DNA of 64,000 nucleotides, from IMG/VR virus record IMGVR_UViG_2974528084_000001, positions 1 to 64,000 of that record; one strand, given 5' to 3'. The DNA is from a virus (taxonomy: Duplodnaviria > Caudoviricetes). The notes beneath the pieces were generated by a model. That model made no database searches and was not told the origin of the DNA. It saw only the letters and a list, made by a program, of their open reading frames with translations. Below are positions 37,844 through 46,658 of this stretch, one piece after another (the stretch's first letter is position 1; every line of letters begins with the position of its first letter). The position numbers and the translations under genes were made by a program.

Positions 37844-38742
37844 CAGGATGGTCACCAGAGGGGCCGCCAATTGAAGGATACAGTGCAACCTGGGCTGCAG
37901 GAGAGGGGCCGGGCGAGGTAGGGTGGGAAGTCGGCTGGGGTAACATCTTTCCCGCCACGGCCTCCGACGAGTTCGTAATCGAGGATGACGTCTCAATCAG
38001 GGGCAAGGTGTCCATTGTAGACGAGATTGTATTCGAGGACCTTGTGTGGATCAGTCGTATGCCATCATCGTTCTTGGAAGAGATCTTGTTTGAAGACTCG
38101 GTATCAGCCTACATCTCTCGACTGCCTTCGTACTTCGAAGACGAGTTTGTAATCGAGGATTCCGCCAGCGCTCAGTTTACGCCGATGGCTCCGCAGTCCA
38201 CCACTTACTCTACCGTTGGCACTTTCACCTACACCATACCACCTTGGTGCAGGTATATCGACGGAGTGGGAATAGGTGGAGGCAAGGGCGGGCAGACCGG
38301 CAACGGAGCAAACAGCGCCGTGGGGCGCGGTGGACTTCCCGGCCAGTGGGCGGCCACCACCCTTGAGCGTGGGGTTCATATTCCCTGGAGTGAATCACAG
38401 CTTACAATAGTCGTTGGCGCAGGTGGGGCTGGCGGTGCTAACTCGGATCACGCAGCAGGCCAGAATGGATCACCCTCTTCTATCACCTCGTCAGCTGGAA
38501 CACTCACCGCTCCTGGAGGTACCGGAACCAGTAGCGCAACACTTGCGCGCGATGGTGTGGCCGCTGGAGACTATACCTATCTTGGAATCACCTACACCGG
38601 AGGCGGCACGGCAGGTGAGAATGGCGAAGCTGGAAAGCCGCCCGGAGGAGGCGGTGCCGGTGGCAACGGTGGTATCTTTGGCATGAGAACCCGTGGCGGC
38701 GCGGGCGCGAGGGGGCAGGTCAACATGAGGGCGTACCAGTGA
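37840..38742 (+). CDS. glycine-rich minor tail protein
   Basis: GGGKGG...GAGGAGG domain typical of actinophage minor tail proteins. Confidence 0.75.
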   Translation: MTGWSPEGPPIEGYSATWAAGEGPGEVGWEVGWGNIFPATASDEFVIEDDVSIRGKVSIVDEIVFEDLVWISRMPSSFLEEILFEDSVSAYISRLPSYFEDEFVIEDSASAQFTPMAPQSTTYSTVGTFTYTIPPWCRYIDGVGIGGGKGGQTGNGANSAVGRGGLPGQWAATTLERGVHIPWSESQLTIVVGAGGAGGANSDHAAGQNGSPSSITSSAGTLTAPGGTGTSSATLARDGVAAGDYTYLGITYTGGGTAGENGEAGKPPGGGGAGGNGGIFGMRTRGGAGARGQVNMRAYQ

Positions 38743-38987
38743 TAGTATCTGGCATAGCTGTTATGGACGCGAGCTATGGTCCCATCATAATCCCACTTGG
38801 CTCTGCGCTTGTAGGCTCAAGCCATCCTGAGTTTTCCATTCAGTTCGAGTATGACTACGGACCCTTCATAAACCCCGACGCGCCAGCCTTCGAGTTTCTA
38901 GCAGACAGGCTCGAGGTAGATGGAACAATCACACGTAACCTGGAGTGTATCAGCTACCCAGGGCGATACACAGTAGAGAAGGTATGA
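38739..38987 (+). CDS. hypothetical protein
   Basis: GTGA overlap; 82 aa. Confidence 0.6.
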   Translation: MIVSGIAVMDASYGPIIIPLGSALVGSSHPEFSIQFEYDYGPFINPDAPAFEFLADRLEVDGTITRNLECISYPGRYTVEKV

Positions 38988-38988
38988 G

Positions 38989-39354
38989 ATGGCAAAAACG
39001 AATGCCCACAAGCGATCACTGGCGGACGCCGCAGCGGCGCTAGGCAACAGGGTCAAGCTGCACTCGGGCGACCCAGGCACCAATGGGGCTAACCTTATCA
39101 CCACGAGCCCGGCCTACGCCAATACCACCTGGCCGGCGGCTGTCGATGGCTCTGGCGGAGATGCCGGCAAGGCTGTTGTCGTGGGCTCGGCGGTGAGCTT
39201 GCAGATTCCGGTCAGCACGACCGCAACTCATTACGGGATATACTCTTCGGGAGACGTATTCCTGCGTGGAGGCCCACTTGCGAATGGCCCCATTTCATCC
39301 ACCTCGGCCGGGGCTGTCACCATCGACGTAACACCAGTACTCAAGGTCTCGTAG
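38989..39354 (+). CDS. small tail-associated virion protein
   Basis: VKLHSGDPGTNGAN...THYGIY pattern seen in actinophage tail-tip proteins. Confidence 0.6.
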   Translation: MAKTNAHKRSLADAAAALGNRVKLHSGDPGTNGANLITTSPAYANTTWPAAVDGSGGDAGKAVVVGSAVSLQIPVSTTATHYGIYSSGDVFLRGGPLANGPISSTSAGAVTIDVTPVLKVS

Positions 39355-39371
39355 CCAGTAGAGTTTAATGC

Positions 39372-39401
39372 TTGACCTGTAGTACCAATGCCTGCTATCA
39401 T
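39372..39401 (+). promoter_or_regulatory. lysis-cassette promoter
   Basis: TTGACC 39372-39377, 18 nt, TATCAT 39396-39401; AGGAGG RBS downstream. Confidence 0.65.
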
Positions 39402-39425
39402 GGGCAGATCTTACCAGGAGGTAGT

Positions 39426-39893
39426 ATGACCAACAACTTGCCACAGGCTCCCGGTTCGGTGCCGGTTGTCGGACCGAACATCTTCAACATCCGCTCGAAG
39501 AACGACTTCATCGGGCTGATGTACTACGTCATCCCACTCGTCATGGGACTGCTCGTTCTCTACGGAGCGCTCGACAACAATACGGCGCTCTTCTGGGGCG
39601 GCGCAGCCACCTCGCTGATCCAGCTGGTGTTCCAGTACACCCGCACACAGGAGTTCGCAAGACGTGCGATCTACCTGGTGCTGAACCTCGTGAACGCCGG
39701 ACTGCTGATCTACGTCGCGGGCTGGAGCCCGCAGCATCTCGAGAACCTCATGCCCCTTCTGTCCCTCATCCTGGGCGGCAGCGCCGCAGGTATCGCCAGC
39801 CAGAACGTGAACACCTCCGGTGACGGCACTGTCGTCCGCGTGGTCGAGGGTTCAGTGGTCGACGAGCCCCCGAACGCCTCCGGACTGTACTAG
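39426..39893 (+). CDS. holin-like multi-TM membrane protein
   Basis: About four hydrophobic segments; first gene after the lysis promoter. Confidence 0.65.
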   Translation: MTNNLPQAPGSVPVVGPNIFNIRSKNDFIGLMYYVIPLVMGLLVLYGALDNNTALFWGGAATSLIQLVFQYTRTQEFARRAIYLVLNLVNAGLLIYVAGWSPQHLENLMPLLSLILGGSAAGIASQNVNTSGDGTVVRVVEGSVVDEPPNASGLY

Positions 39894-39906
39894 TCAAGAG
39901 GTACCG

Positions 39907-39947
39907 AACAATCGCGGATCAGGTCCCCTCCCTGATCCGCGATTGTT
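39907..39947 (+). terminator. 17-bp perfect hairpin between holin-like and endolysin genes
   Basis: AACAATCGCGGATCAGG-7 nt-CCTGATCCGCGATTGTT. Confidence 0.75.
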
Positions 39948-39970
39948 CTATCAACAGCTAGGACAAAGAC

Positions 39971-40294
39971 ATGATCGTCTATCACAGAAACAACTACAAG
40001 CCGGACTCGTACCCCGAGACCGAGGATCACGTTCGCCAGCACATCTCGTCGGTGGCCAGCGAGACGGATGATCCGCGAGAGTTCTACGACGATGTCGAGA
40101 TCGAGACCAGCGAGCTCGACGGCGGTGGCATCCGTGTCTACGGACAGCTCGACCGCGATCCTGCCTGCGACTACAGCGTGCCGGATGACTTCGAGATGCC
40201 CGACGAGTCCCAATACCAACAGGGCTTCGGCGTTCGCGAGATGACTCCGGTCGAACTCGAACAGCACTTGATCGAGAAGGAGAACCGCAAGTGA
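39971..40294 (+). CDS. acidic hypothetical protein coupled to the amidase gene
   Basis: 107 aa; GTGA overlap with 40291. Confidence 0.7.
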   Translation: MIVYHRNNYKPDSYPETEDHVRQHISSVASETDDPREFYDDVEIETSELDGGGIRVYGQLDRDPACDYSVPDDFEMPDESQYQQGFGVREMTPVELEQHLIEKENRK

Positions 40295-40923
40295 ACGGAG
40301 TCGCAATCGTCGGCGCCATCGCGCGCAGGTTTGTCGAGCTTGGCGGCAAGTCCGTCTACACGCGGGGCTGGGAAGGTCGAGGTAACGGACAGTCACCCGC
40401 ATACAAGGGCCTCGTTATTCACCACACTGCCGGAGGTCGCAATGTCAACATCGACCAGATCCTCATCGACGGACGCTGGGACCTTCCCGGTCCGCTTTGC
40501 AACTTCTGTATCATGTATGACGGAGACCTTGGCGTCATCGCTGCGAACCCTGCGAACCACGCTGGTGCGAGCGGCGGCTGGGATACTGCGCCGCTACCGC
40601 GAACAGGGCTCTTCAATCGGGAAGTTCTGGGTTGCGAAGTCCAGTACCCAGGCGTCGAGCCGATGGCCCAGGTTCAGTACGAGTCGGCCAAGCGTCTCTC
40701 CGTTGCAACGATGGAGGTGCTCGGTCGCCCCGGCCAGTTCGACCGGGTGAAGTTCCACCAGGGCACATCCATCGAAGGAAAGTGGGATCCTGGTTACGCA
40801 AACGGGAAGACCTACGGCATCACCCAGTTCCGCAACGATTGCCGAGGTATGCGTCAGGGCGAAGACGAGAACAGCGCAGACTGGCTTGACAATCAGCGTC
40901 AGCTGTTCGGGTACCCGCAATGA
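40291..40923 (+). CDS. endolysin, N-acetylmuramoyl-L-alanine amidase (Amidase_2) domain
   Basis: LVIHHTAG, NHAG, GCEV, KFHQ...GKWDPG. Confidence 0.85.
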   Translation: MNGVAIVGAIARRFVELGGKSVYTRGWEGRGNGQSPAYKGLVIHHTAGGRNVNIDQILIDGRWDLPGPLCNFCIMYDGDLGVIAANPANHAGASGGWDTAPLPRTGLFNREVLGCEVQYPGVEPMAQVQYESAKRLSVATMEVLGRPGQFDRVKFHQGTSIEGKWDPGYANGKTYGITQFRNDCRGMRQGEDENSADWLDNQRQLFGYPQ

Positions 40924-41756
40924 CCACGCGCTACCACCCCCTAAAGAAAGGGTACGTGGTAACCAGCCCGTTCGGCTGGCGTGCATGGGACAACGCAGTG
41001 CATTACGGAATCGACTTCGGAGCCTCTAACGGCACCGCCGCCGGATGGGACGTGTATGCCATACAGGCTGGCACGGTGTTGCATTCGGGCGCAGCGATCG
41101 GCTACGGTGGCCCGGACCCGGCAGGCTGGATCGTGATTGATTCGGACGACTCGCAGGGCAGTGGCGTGTTCGAGTACGGCCACATCATTCGCGAGAGCTG
41201 GGTCAGGCCAGGAGCCAGGGTCTCTGCCGGTCAGAAGATCGGCCGGGTCAACGGATCGAAGCTGACCAACGGCAACGTTGACCCTCATCTCCACGTCTCG
41301 TACATGCCCTACGAGTACAACCCGAGCAAGAAGAAGGACTTCGCCCCGCTACTGCGTGAAGCGAAGTACGCGGGCACCGCGCCCGCTCCAGCGCCAGCTC
41401 CCAAGCCGGTGCCGAACGAAGGAGGAACCGTGAGTCATGCATCGGATGTTCGCATCCAGCTCCGAGGACCAGGCGACAACGGGTGGACCGGTCTGGCTCC
41501 ACAGCCCGACGAACAGGGCAACCGTTTCAGCATCTTCAAGGGCAAGAACGTCACCGCCCAGACGGTGGTCGAGGGTCTCGCGACCGTGATCTTCGAGCTC
41601 ACCTACCGACTGCCCAAGGCAGGCCGGGGCTTCGACGACTACAGCAAGCGCAAGGGTGACACCGTCCTCGGCCTGGCCGGAAATGCCGCAGCCATCGCTG
41701 CCGAGAACCAGGTGATCCTCAAAGACATCCAGCGCAAGCTCGACACGCAGGGGTAA
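40920..41756 (+). CDS. endolysin, M23 peptidase + C-terminal wall-binding-like domain
   Basis: HYGIDFG, YGHI, PHLH. Confidence 0.85.
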   Translation: MTTRYHPLKKGYVVTSPFGWRAWDNAVHYGIDFGASNGTAAGWDVYAIQAGTVLHSGAAIGYGGPDPAGWIVIDSDDSQGSGVFEYGHIIRESWVRPGARVSAGQKIGRVNGSKLTNGNVDPHLHVSYMPYEYNPSKKKDFAPLLREAKYAGTAPAPAPAPKPVPNEGGTVSHASDVRIQLRGPGDNGWTGLAPQPDEQGNRFSIFKGKNVTAQTVVEGLATVIFELTYRLPKAGRGFDDYSKRKGDTVLGLAGNAAAIAAENQVILKDIQRKLDTQG

Positions 41757-41759
41757 GGG

Positions 41760-42206
41760 GTGGCCAGGGGGGTTGGGCCATTCAAGAAAGTCCCGGAGGC
41801 TCGCGATAAGGTAGACGCCATGCGGGTCTTTCTCGTGATCGAGGCCTATGCACTTTGCCTGTTCGCCATTTACTACGGCATACTGACATTCAGGTTTAGC
41901 GATAGCCTGTGGCCTCCGAATAGGAGTGCATCGTCAGTGCCGTGGGCCCCAGAGTCTTGGGGTACTGCGGTAATCATCATCGCCGTGCTTACCATGATCG
42001 CCTCCTCGCGGAGGTTGAAGTGGTCTAAGTACGTGTCATGGACAATGAGAACGATGTGTCTCGTGTGGGGAACCTTCTCCATCACGTTCTTCATTGACAT
42101 CATGGATGGAGCGCCACCAACAGCTTACCCGCCAATGGGATCGTACCTCCTCCTGGCAGTGGTGTGCGCTAACAGAGCAAGCCTGGAGGATCAATGGAGA
42201 GAATGA
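41760..42206 (+). CDS. membrane protein (lysis cassette)
   Basis: About four hydrophobic segments. Confidence 0.7.
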   Translation: MARGVGPFKKVPEARDKVDAMRVFLVIEAYALCLFAIYYGILTFRFSDSLWPPNRSASSVPWAPESWGTAVIIIAVLTMIASSRRLKWSKYVSWTMRTMCLVWGTFSITFFIDIMDGAPPTAYPPMGSYLLLAVVCANRASLEDQWRE

Positions 42207-42745
42207 AGCGCGCCATACGTGCTGGCGCAGGTACATTTCGCAAGACAATACGAGCTGTATTTGGTCACACGAGGATCGTTGCTTCAGGCTCATACCCGCT
42301 GTACAGATTGATCTGCATTGCGGGAATTGTTTCAGCTGTACTCACCTTTTCATACAGGTCATGGCCCGCCTCGTTCACCGAGACGACAGATGGCAACGTG
42401 GTCGCCGGGATACTGTTCGGTGCGATGCAGCTGATCGGATGCTTGTCGGTGCTCACCGGCATGTACTTCCATGCAGACACTGATCCGCTGCCGTCGAAGG
42501 TGCAGACGTCACTCGCGATCGAGCGATTCGGAACCTGGCTTCTGATTCCAGTGATTGCGGTGTACACCTACGGGGTAGCCAAGTCCAACGGTGGACCACC
42601 CACCACTTGGGCAACGCTTGCTTTGTTTGCCTTCGGTGTTTACCTAGTGCTCCGATCCATCGAGATCAAGGGGGCGCTCGAGGAGGTGCAGCGTCCAATT
42701 GAACAGTGCGACGGACACGACTGCAAGGAGCTGAGGAGTGAATGA
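42194..42745 (+). CDS. membrane protein (lysis cassette)
   Basis: About four hydrophobic segments. Confidence 0.7.
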   Translation: MERMKRAIRAGAGTFRKTIRAVFGHTRIVASGSYPLYRLICIAGIVSAVLTFSYRSWPASFTETTDGNVVAGILFGAMQLIGCLSVLTGMYFHADTDPLPSKVQTSLAIERFGTWLLIPVIAVYTYGVAKSNGGPPTTWATLALFAFGVYLVLRSIEIKGALEEVQRPIEQCDGHDCKELRSE

Positions 42746-43070
42746 CATCATCACTTTGCTGCTTGGCGGGGGGCTTGCCGCGAGTGTCATCGAAGCAATC
42801 AAGTTCGTTACAACACGCAGACAGGTAAAGCGCAAGGATGAGGCCGCTTCCCAGAACGAGGAGGCCTCAGCTCAGGCCACCATCGGTGGGGCGTGGAAAG
42901 ATCTTTGGCAGACCAACGATCAGTGGAACCAGCAGCTGAACGGTTTGCTGCAGAAGGAAAGGGAGAAGGGCGAGCTGTACGTGGATATTATCCAGGCAGC
43001 AGCCGACCTTCTCCCTCCCGATAAAGCTGATCCGATACTCGATCGGATGTACGCAGTGCGTCGGACCTAG
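42738..43070 (+). CDS. single-TM + coiled-coil protein (accessory lysis/holin-like)
   Basis: N-terminal LLLGGGLAASVI then amphipathic helix. Confidence 0.65.
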   Translation: MNDIITLLLGGGLAASVIEAIKFVTTRRQVKRKDEAASQNEEASAQATIGGAWKDLWQTNDQWNQQLNGLLQKEREKGELYVDIIQAAADLLPPDKADPILDRMYAVRRT

Positions 43071-43306
43071 TATTCAGAATCCAGTTGATGGCGAGGCCGA
43101 GGGGTCTCGTCTCGAACGAGCGGGCCACGGCGGCTGAAGTCGTGGCCCGCTTCTTCTGTGCACGGCTTCTCGGTACCCTCGATCCGGCCGCAGTGGCTGC
43201 AGTACTTCTTCATAACTGTCACCCCCAATGCCCGGTTGAGGAACGTACCAAGGACGCACATGCCTCCGATGATACAGGCATAGAGTACGACGGTGTACCA
43301 GTTCAT
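43067..43306 (-). CDS. small membrane-anchored protein with CxxC
   Basis: Hydrophobic N-terminus, CSHC...C...H; stop overlaps the convergent gene. Confidence 0.6.
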   Translation of the reverse strand: MNWYTVVLYACIIGGMCVLGTFLNRALGVTVMKKYCSHCGRIEGTEKPCTEEAGHDFSRRGPLVRDETPRPRHQLDSEY

Positions 43307-43308
43307 TA

Positions 43309-44514
43309 CTACTCCTTGATGAGCCGCTGCACAATCTTTGGCTTTGGCTCGCCGATGCTCTCCTGGACGGACGATCGTAGCCTGGACTTCTGGGCTGCGT
43401 TCAGGGCGTTACCATTCAAGAGCTTGTCAATTTCACTGTTGTTGATCTTGCCAAGTGAAGCGAAGAGGTTATCCCCGATTATCTCTCGCACCGTCGCTGG
43501 ATCGTAAGACTTCCGGCGGGACGACTTGAACACGACATGGTAGTCATCCGTATCGTATTCGATCTCGTCGTTCTCCATTGCATCTTCGAGCAGCTTTTCC
43601 ATCACTTCTTCGATGGCGTACTTGATGGCCTTCTGGGCTCCCTCAAGTTCCACGTAACGCTTCGCCATCTCGTTGCGGTCGCCAGCCAGGGCCATGACCC
43701 CGCCTGCCTGTACGTTCTTCGTGAGAACGGGGCACGTAGCTTTCACTACGCAGAACTGGCATTCCGAGTTGAGCGTGCGCTTGCCGGGCACAGGCTCGGC
43801 AATGATACGCTCGGCCACCTTGCGAACGTACTTCCAGGTGGCGACGTTGTCGTCGCGGGTGAACTTCACCTCGACGGGATCGTATCGGAGCTGATCGAAG
43901 CACACCCAGACCTCGTCGGGGTTGAGCTCGAACCCCAGCTCCTTGGCGATCTCTGCCTTGGCGAGCATGATAGCCAGACCGTACAGTCGGCCTTGCGCTT
44001 TCTGTCGCAAACCCTGCGGGGTGAGATGCTGACGCCAGGTCTTGTAGTCCACCACGCGGACGATGGTCTTGCCGTTCTCCTCGAACATATCGAGACGATC
44101 GAAGATGAATGTGTACGGCACCTCGCCGATGGAGGTCTTGATGGTGACCCGAATCTTGCGCTCGACCATGAGCACCTGAACCTTGTCGAGGTCGGTGCGT
44201 GCGAACCAGCGTTCGAGCATCTCAATGCCGTCGTTGTACAGGTCGTCCTTGGCATCTGGAATGCGCATGAACTGCTTCATGAACTCTTGCTTGAAGTAAG
44301 CGACGAGTACATTCCAGTCTAGTTCCTCGCGGGTCTTGCTGATGTATACCTCGTCGACAATCCGCTCGAGTGAATCGTGCACGGCGGTGCCCAGCTTGGC
44401 TGGGTCCGAGCTACCCCCTGGGCTCGGCGTACGTTCAACCATCTCGGCGTGGTACCTGAAGGTGCAACCCTCGAACACCTGGATGGAGGATGCCGAGATG
44501 GTTCTGAGTTCCAC
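43309..44514 (-). CDS. Cas4/RecB-family PD-(D/E)xK exonuclease
   Basis: SASSI...C, GTAVH, FDRLD...VVDYKT, ECQFC...C (4 Cys); GTG start 44514. Confidence 0.85.
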   Translation of the reverse strand: MELRTISASSIQVFEGCTFRYHAEMVERTPSPGGSSDPAKLGTAVHDSLERIVDEVYISKTREELDWNVLVAYFKQEFMKQFMRIPDAKDDLYNDGIEMLERWFARTDLDKVQVLMVERKIRVTIKTSIGEVPYTFIFDRLDMFEENGKTIVRVVDYKTWRQHLTPQGLRQKAQGRLYGLAIMLAKAEIAKELGFELNPDEVWVCFDQLRYDPVEVKFTRDDNVATWKYVRKVAERIIAEPVPGKRTLNSECQFCVVKATCPVLTKNVQAGGVMALAGDRNEMAKRYVELEGAQKAIKYAIEEVMEKLLEDAMENDEIEYDTDDYHVVFKSSRRKSYDPATVREIIGDNLFASLGKINNSEIDKLLNGNALNAAQKSRLRSSVQESIGEPKPKIVQRLIKE

Positions 44515-44927
44515 TACTTGCTTCCCCTCTTCGTAGTAATGCCGCCCCATATGCCATCGGTCGAACCAGTGCGCTCGCGATAGTCGAGGCACTCGAGCTT
44601 AACGGGGCAGCTCATGCAAATCTTCTTCGCGCGATTAGCGCGGGCCGCTTGTCCCCGGCCAGGGAAGAACGCGTCTGGGTCGTGATACCCTACACAGAGG
44701 GCGCGTCGGGTCCACTCTTCGGGGACGAGACTGAAGGAGGCTTCGGGGGCGTCGGCGCCTGGGTCTCCGTACTCTTCTCCTTCTCCGCAGTCGCAAGGCT
44801 CTCCGGTTCGGTCGGGTCGAAGAGCGAGGGCTGCGCAGATTCCGTTGCACCTAAAGGGAGGCGCCCCCCGGACATCTCGAGCTCGAAAGCCGTCGTCGGC
44901 TCTTCGCCATCGAGCAGTTCGTCGGCG
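44514..44927 (-). CDS. whiB: WhiB-family transcription factor domain; no start codon upstream of the domain, reachable by -1 frameshift
   Basis: Frame missing from the track: EEWTRRALCVGYHDPDAFFP...AKKICMSCPVKLECLDY...DGIWGGITTKRGSK*; TAG overlaps the GTG of the exonuclease. Confidence 0.85.
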   Translation of the reverse strand, partial: RRRTARWRRADDGFRARDVRGAPPFRCNGICAALALRPDRTGEPCDCGEGEEYGDPGADAPEASFSLVPEEWTRRALCVGYHDPDAFFPGRGQAARANRAKKICMSCPVKLECLDYRERTGSTDGIWGGITTKRGSK

Positions 44928-45112
44928 TCAGCTTGCGCATCAGCCTTGGCCTTCTGCTCCGACTGGAATGCCGTCTGCTGTAGGTGTGCTTCGAAGGCGG
45001 TCTGCGTGGGGGCCTTGGCTCGAAAGTCTTGGAACCCTTCCTGATCCATCCCTCCGCGCACCGGGTGCAACTCGTTGGGGCCAGCGGGCATTTTGAACTG
45101 CTGTTCAGTCAC
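44690..45112 (-). CDS. hypothetical protein (140 aa), frame-0 partner of the WhiB frame
   Basis: GTG 45112 after AAGGAG; contains C_CCT_TTA (44858-44852) and QPSLF. Confidence 0.7.
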   Translation of the reverse strand: MTEQQFKMPAGPNELHPVRGGMDQEGFQDFRAKAPTQTAFEAHLQQTAFQSEQKAKADAQADADELLDGEEPTTAFELEMSGGRLPLGATESAQPSLFDPTEPESLATAEKEKSTETQAPTPPKPPSVSSPKSGPDAPSV

Positions 45113-45155
45113 TGCATTCTCCTTGTAGGTAGTGCTAGGCGGCGTGCTATACGTT

Positions 45156-45184
45156 AGCATACCGCACGGGTTTTACCCCGTAAA
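45156..45184 (-). promoter_or_regulatory. candidate promoter for the 45112/WhiB/exonuclease unit
   Basis: TTTACG (45184-45179), 17 nt, TATGCT (45161-45156). Confidence 0.4.
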
Positions 45185-45304
45185 CGCGGCGCGTCGCTCT
45201 ACGATGTCCCAGAAATACTCTTGCATGAAGGCGGTGACCATGACCTTGGCCCGCCTCTCTGGCGAGGTCCACCAGTGCTGCTTGTGCTTGTGTCGTCTGA
45301 ACAT
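45173..45304 (-). CDS. hypothetical protein (43 aa)
   Basis: TAATG overlap at 45304. Confidence 0.55.
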   Translation of the reverse strand: MFRRHKHKQHWWTSPERRAKVMVTAFMQEYFWDIVERRAAFTG

Positions 45305-45684
45305 TACTTCGCTTTCGATACGCCCGACGGCCCCTTTGGGGGACGACGGTTTGGCCCTGGGGGAGGGTTGTGTGTGGGGAACTTGAACAAGGTGAAGCGT
45401 CCGTTGATATTGATATTGCGACTGTTCATGTACTTCTTGCGCAGTCGCCTGGCCTTGCGACGATCTCGCCAGGTCATCTCCGACTCGTGCCACCATTCGC
45501 CCTTGGCGATGAACACTGACCCGCACTCGGGGCACAGCCAGAACGAATCACGCGGAGCCTTGGGCTCAAAGAACGGGTGCCACAGTCCGAACTCGTCTTC
45601 AGCTTTGTCGCCCCACGTTGGCGGCTTGCAGTTCTCGCCTGGGTAGCGCTCTACCTTCTTTTCGGGTGACCATACGATAGGCAT
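45304..45684 (-). CDS. hypothetical protein with CPEC motif
   Basis: ATG 45684 within track ORF 45304..45882. Confidence 0.65.
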   Translation of the reverse strand: MPIVWSPEKKVERYPGENCKPPTWGDKAEDEFGLWHPFFEPKAPRDSFWLCPECGSVFIAKGEWWHESEMTWRDRRKARRLRKKYMNSRNININGRFTLFKFPTHNPPPGPNRRPPKGPSGVSKAK

Positions 45685-45686
45685 GA

Positions 45687-45782
45687 TTACTTCCAAGCGG
45701 AGACAGCCAGGCCCACGCAGATAGCTGCGACGAGCATCAGCACACTCAGCTTGAGGACCACGCCCCATGTCAACCAGTCCAT
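45687..45782 (-). CDS. 31-aa single-TM peptide
   Basis: MDWLTWGVVLKLSVLMLVAAICVGLAVSAWK after GGAGG RBS. Confidence 0.5.
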   Translation of the reverse strand: MDWLTWGVVLKLSVLMLVAAICVGLAVSAWK

Positions 45783-45916
45783 TACAACCTCCCCATCTTT
45801 CGTAGTCGTTCGATCTCGAACACGCCGAGCTGTCGCCAGCCCGCCATGCGCTTCCAGTGGGAACCGCAGACGGGGCACTCAACTACAGTGCCCTCATCCT
45901 CAGTCTCGCGTGCCAT
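45782..45916 (-). CDS. small CxxC protein
   Basis: VECPVCGSHW. Confidence 0.5.
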   Translation of the reverse strand: MARETEDEGTVVECPVCGSHWKRMAGWRQLGVFEIERLRKMGRL

Positions 45917-45935
45917 GACTACCTTGTCACAGCAC

Positions 45936-46658
45936 TCACGCAAAGTCGGCGAACATGTCATCGCCTTCTTCCTCCAGCTTCTTAGCGGACTCAAGGAAGT
46001 TGCGCTCGTCTAGCTCGATCGCAACGGCATTGCGACCACAGTTGCGAGCGGCTCGCACGAGGCTTCCTGACCCACCGAAGGGGTCCACGAGGAACGCACC
46101 CTCCTGGGTGGAGTGCTTGATAAGAGTCTCCAGCAAAGCCGGTGGCTTCTCGTGCGGATGAATGAGCTCATTCGGCCGGAGCTGCGAGAAATGCAGTACA
46201 CCGTTGCGTCGCTTGGCGTAGCGAGGCGCACGACCCTTCTTGAAGAAGATGATGAACTCATGACCCTGTCCCCATGATTCAAGATCGCCCATTCCAGGGC
46301 CATCTTTCTCCCATACCAGGACAGCCTTGCGAACAAAGCCGAACTGCGCACAGAACTCGTCGAGCATGACCAGCCAGTCCGAGAGGACCTGGTACGCAGT
46401 AAAGACGTAGAGGTCGCAGTCGGGCTTGGTCTTGGTGAGCAGGACCGACATGACCTCCTTGAACACCTTGATTGCGATCTCGGGGGACTCGTCATTGGCG
46501 ATCTTGCGTGCATACTTCTTGCCGCCCTCCGTGACGGCCATGTTGGAGAGGTTGTCTACCCCAAAGGGTGGGTCAGTGATGATACAATCCACCGACTCCT
46601 CCTTGAAGCGCTGGCACATCTCGACGGAATCGCCGTGCCAGATCTGATGAATCTTCAT
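45936..46658 (-). CDS. DNA methyltransferase, N4C/N6A beta class
   Basis: IITDPPFG motif IV before HPHEKP and VDPFGGSGS motif I. Confidence 0.9.
   Translation of the reverse strand: MKIHQIWHGDSVEMCQRFKEESVDCIITDPPFGVDNLSNMAVTEGGKKYARKIANDESPEIAIKVFKEVMSVLLTKTKPDCDLYVFTAYQVLSDWLVMLDEFCAQFGFVRKAVLVWEKDGPGMGDLESWGQGHEFIIFFKKGRAPRYAKRRNGVLHFSQLRPNELIHPHEKPPALLETLIKHSTQEGAFLVDPFGGSGSLVRAARNCGRNAVAIELDERNFLESAKKLEEEGDDMFADFA

Noticed and set aside
43309-44514. Cas4-like nuclease as evidence of a CRISPR system
   Set aside because: No repeat-spacer array or other cas genes; stand-alone Cas4/RecB nucleases are common in actinophages
44613-44615. ATG 44615 as the start of WhiB
   Set aside because: It would delete two of the four Fe-S ligand cysteines and the W..RALC motif
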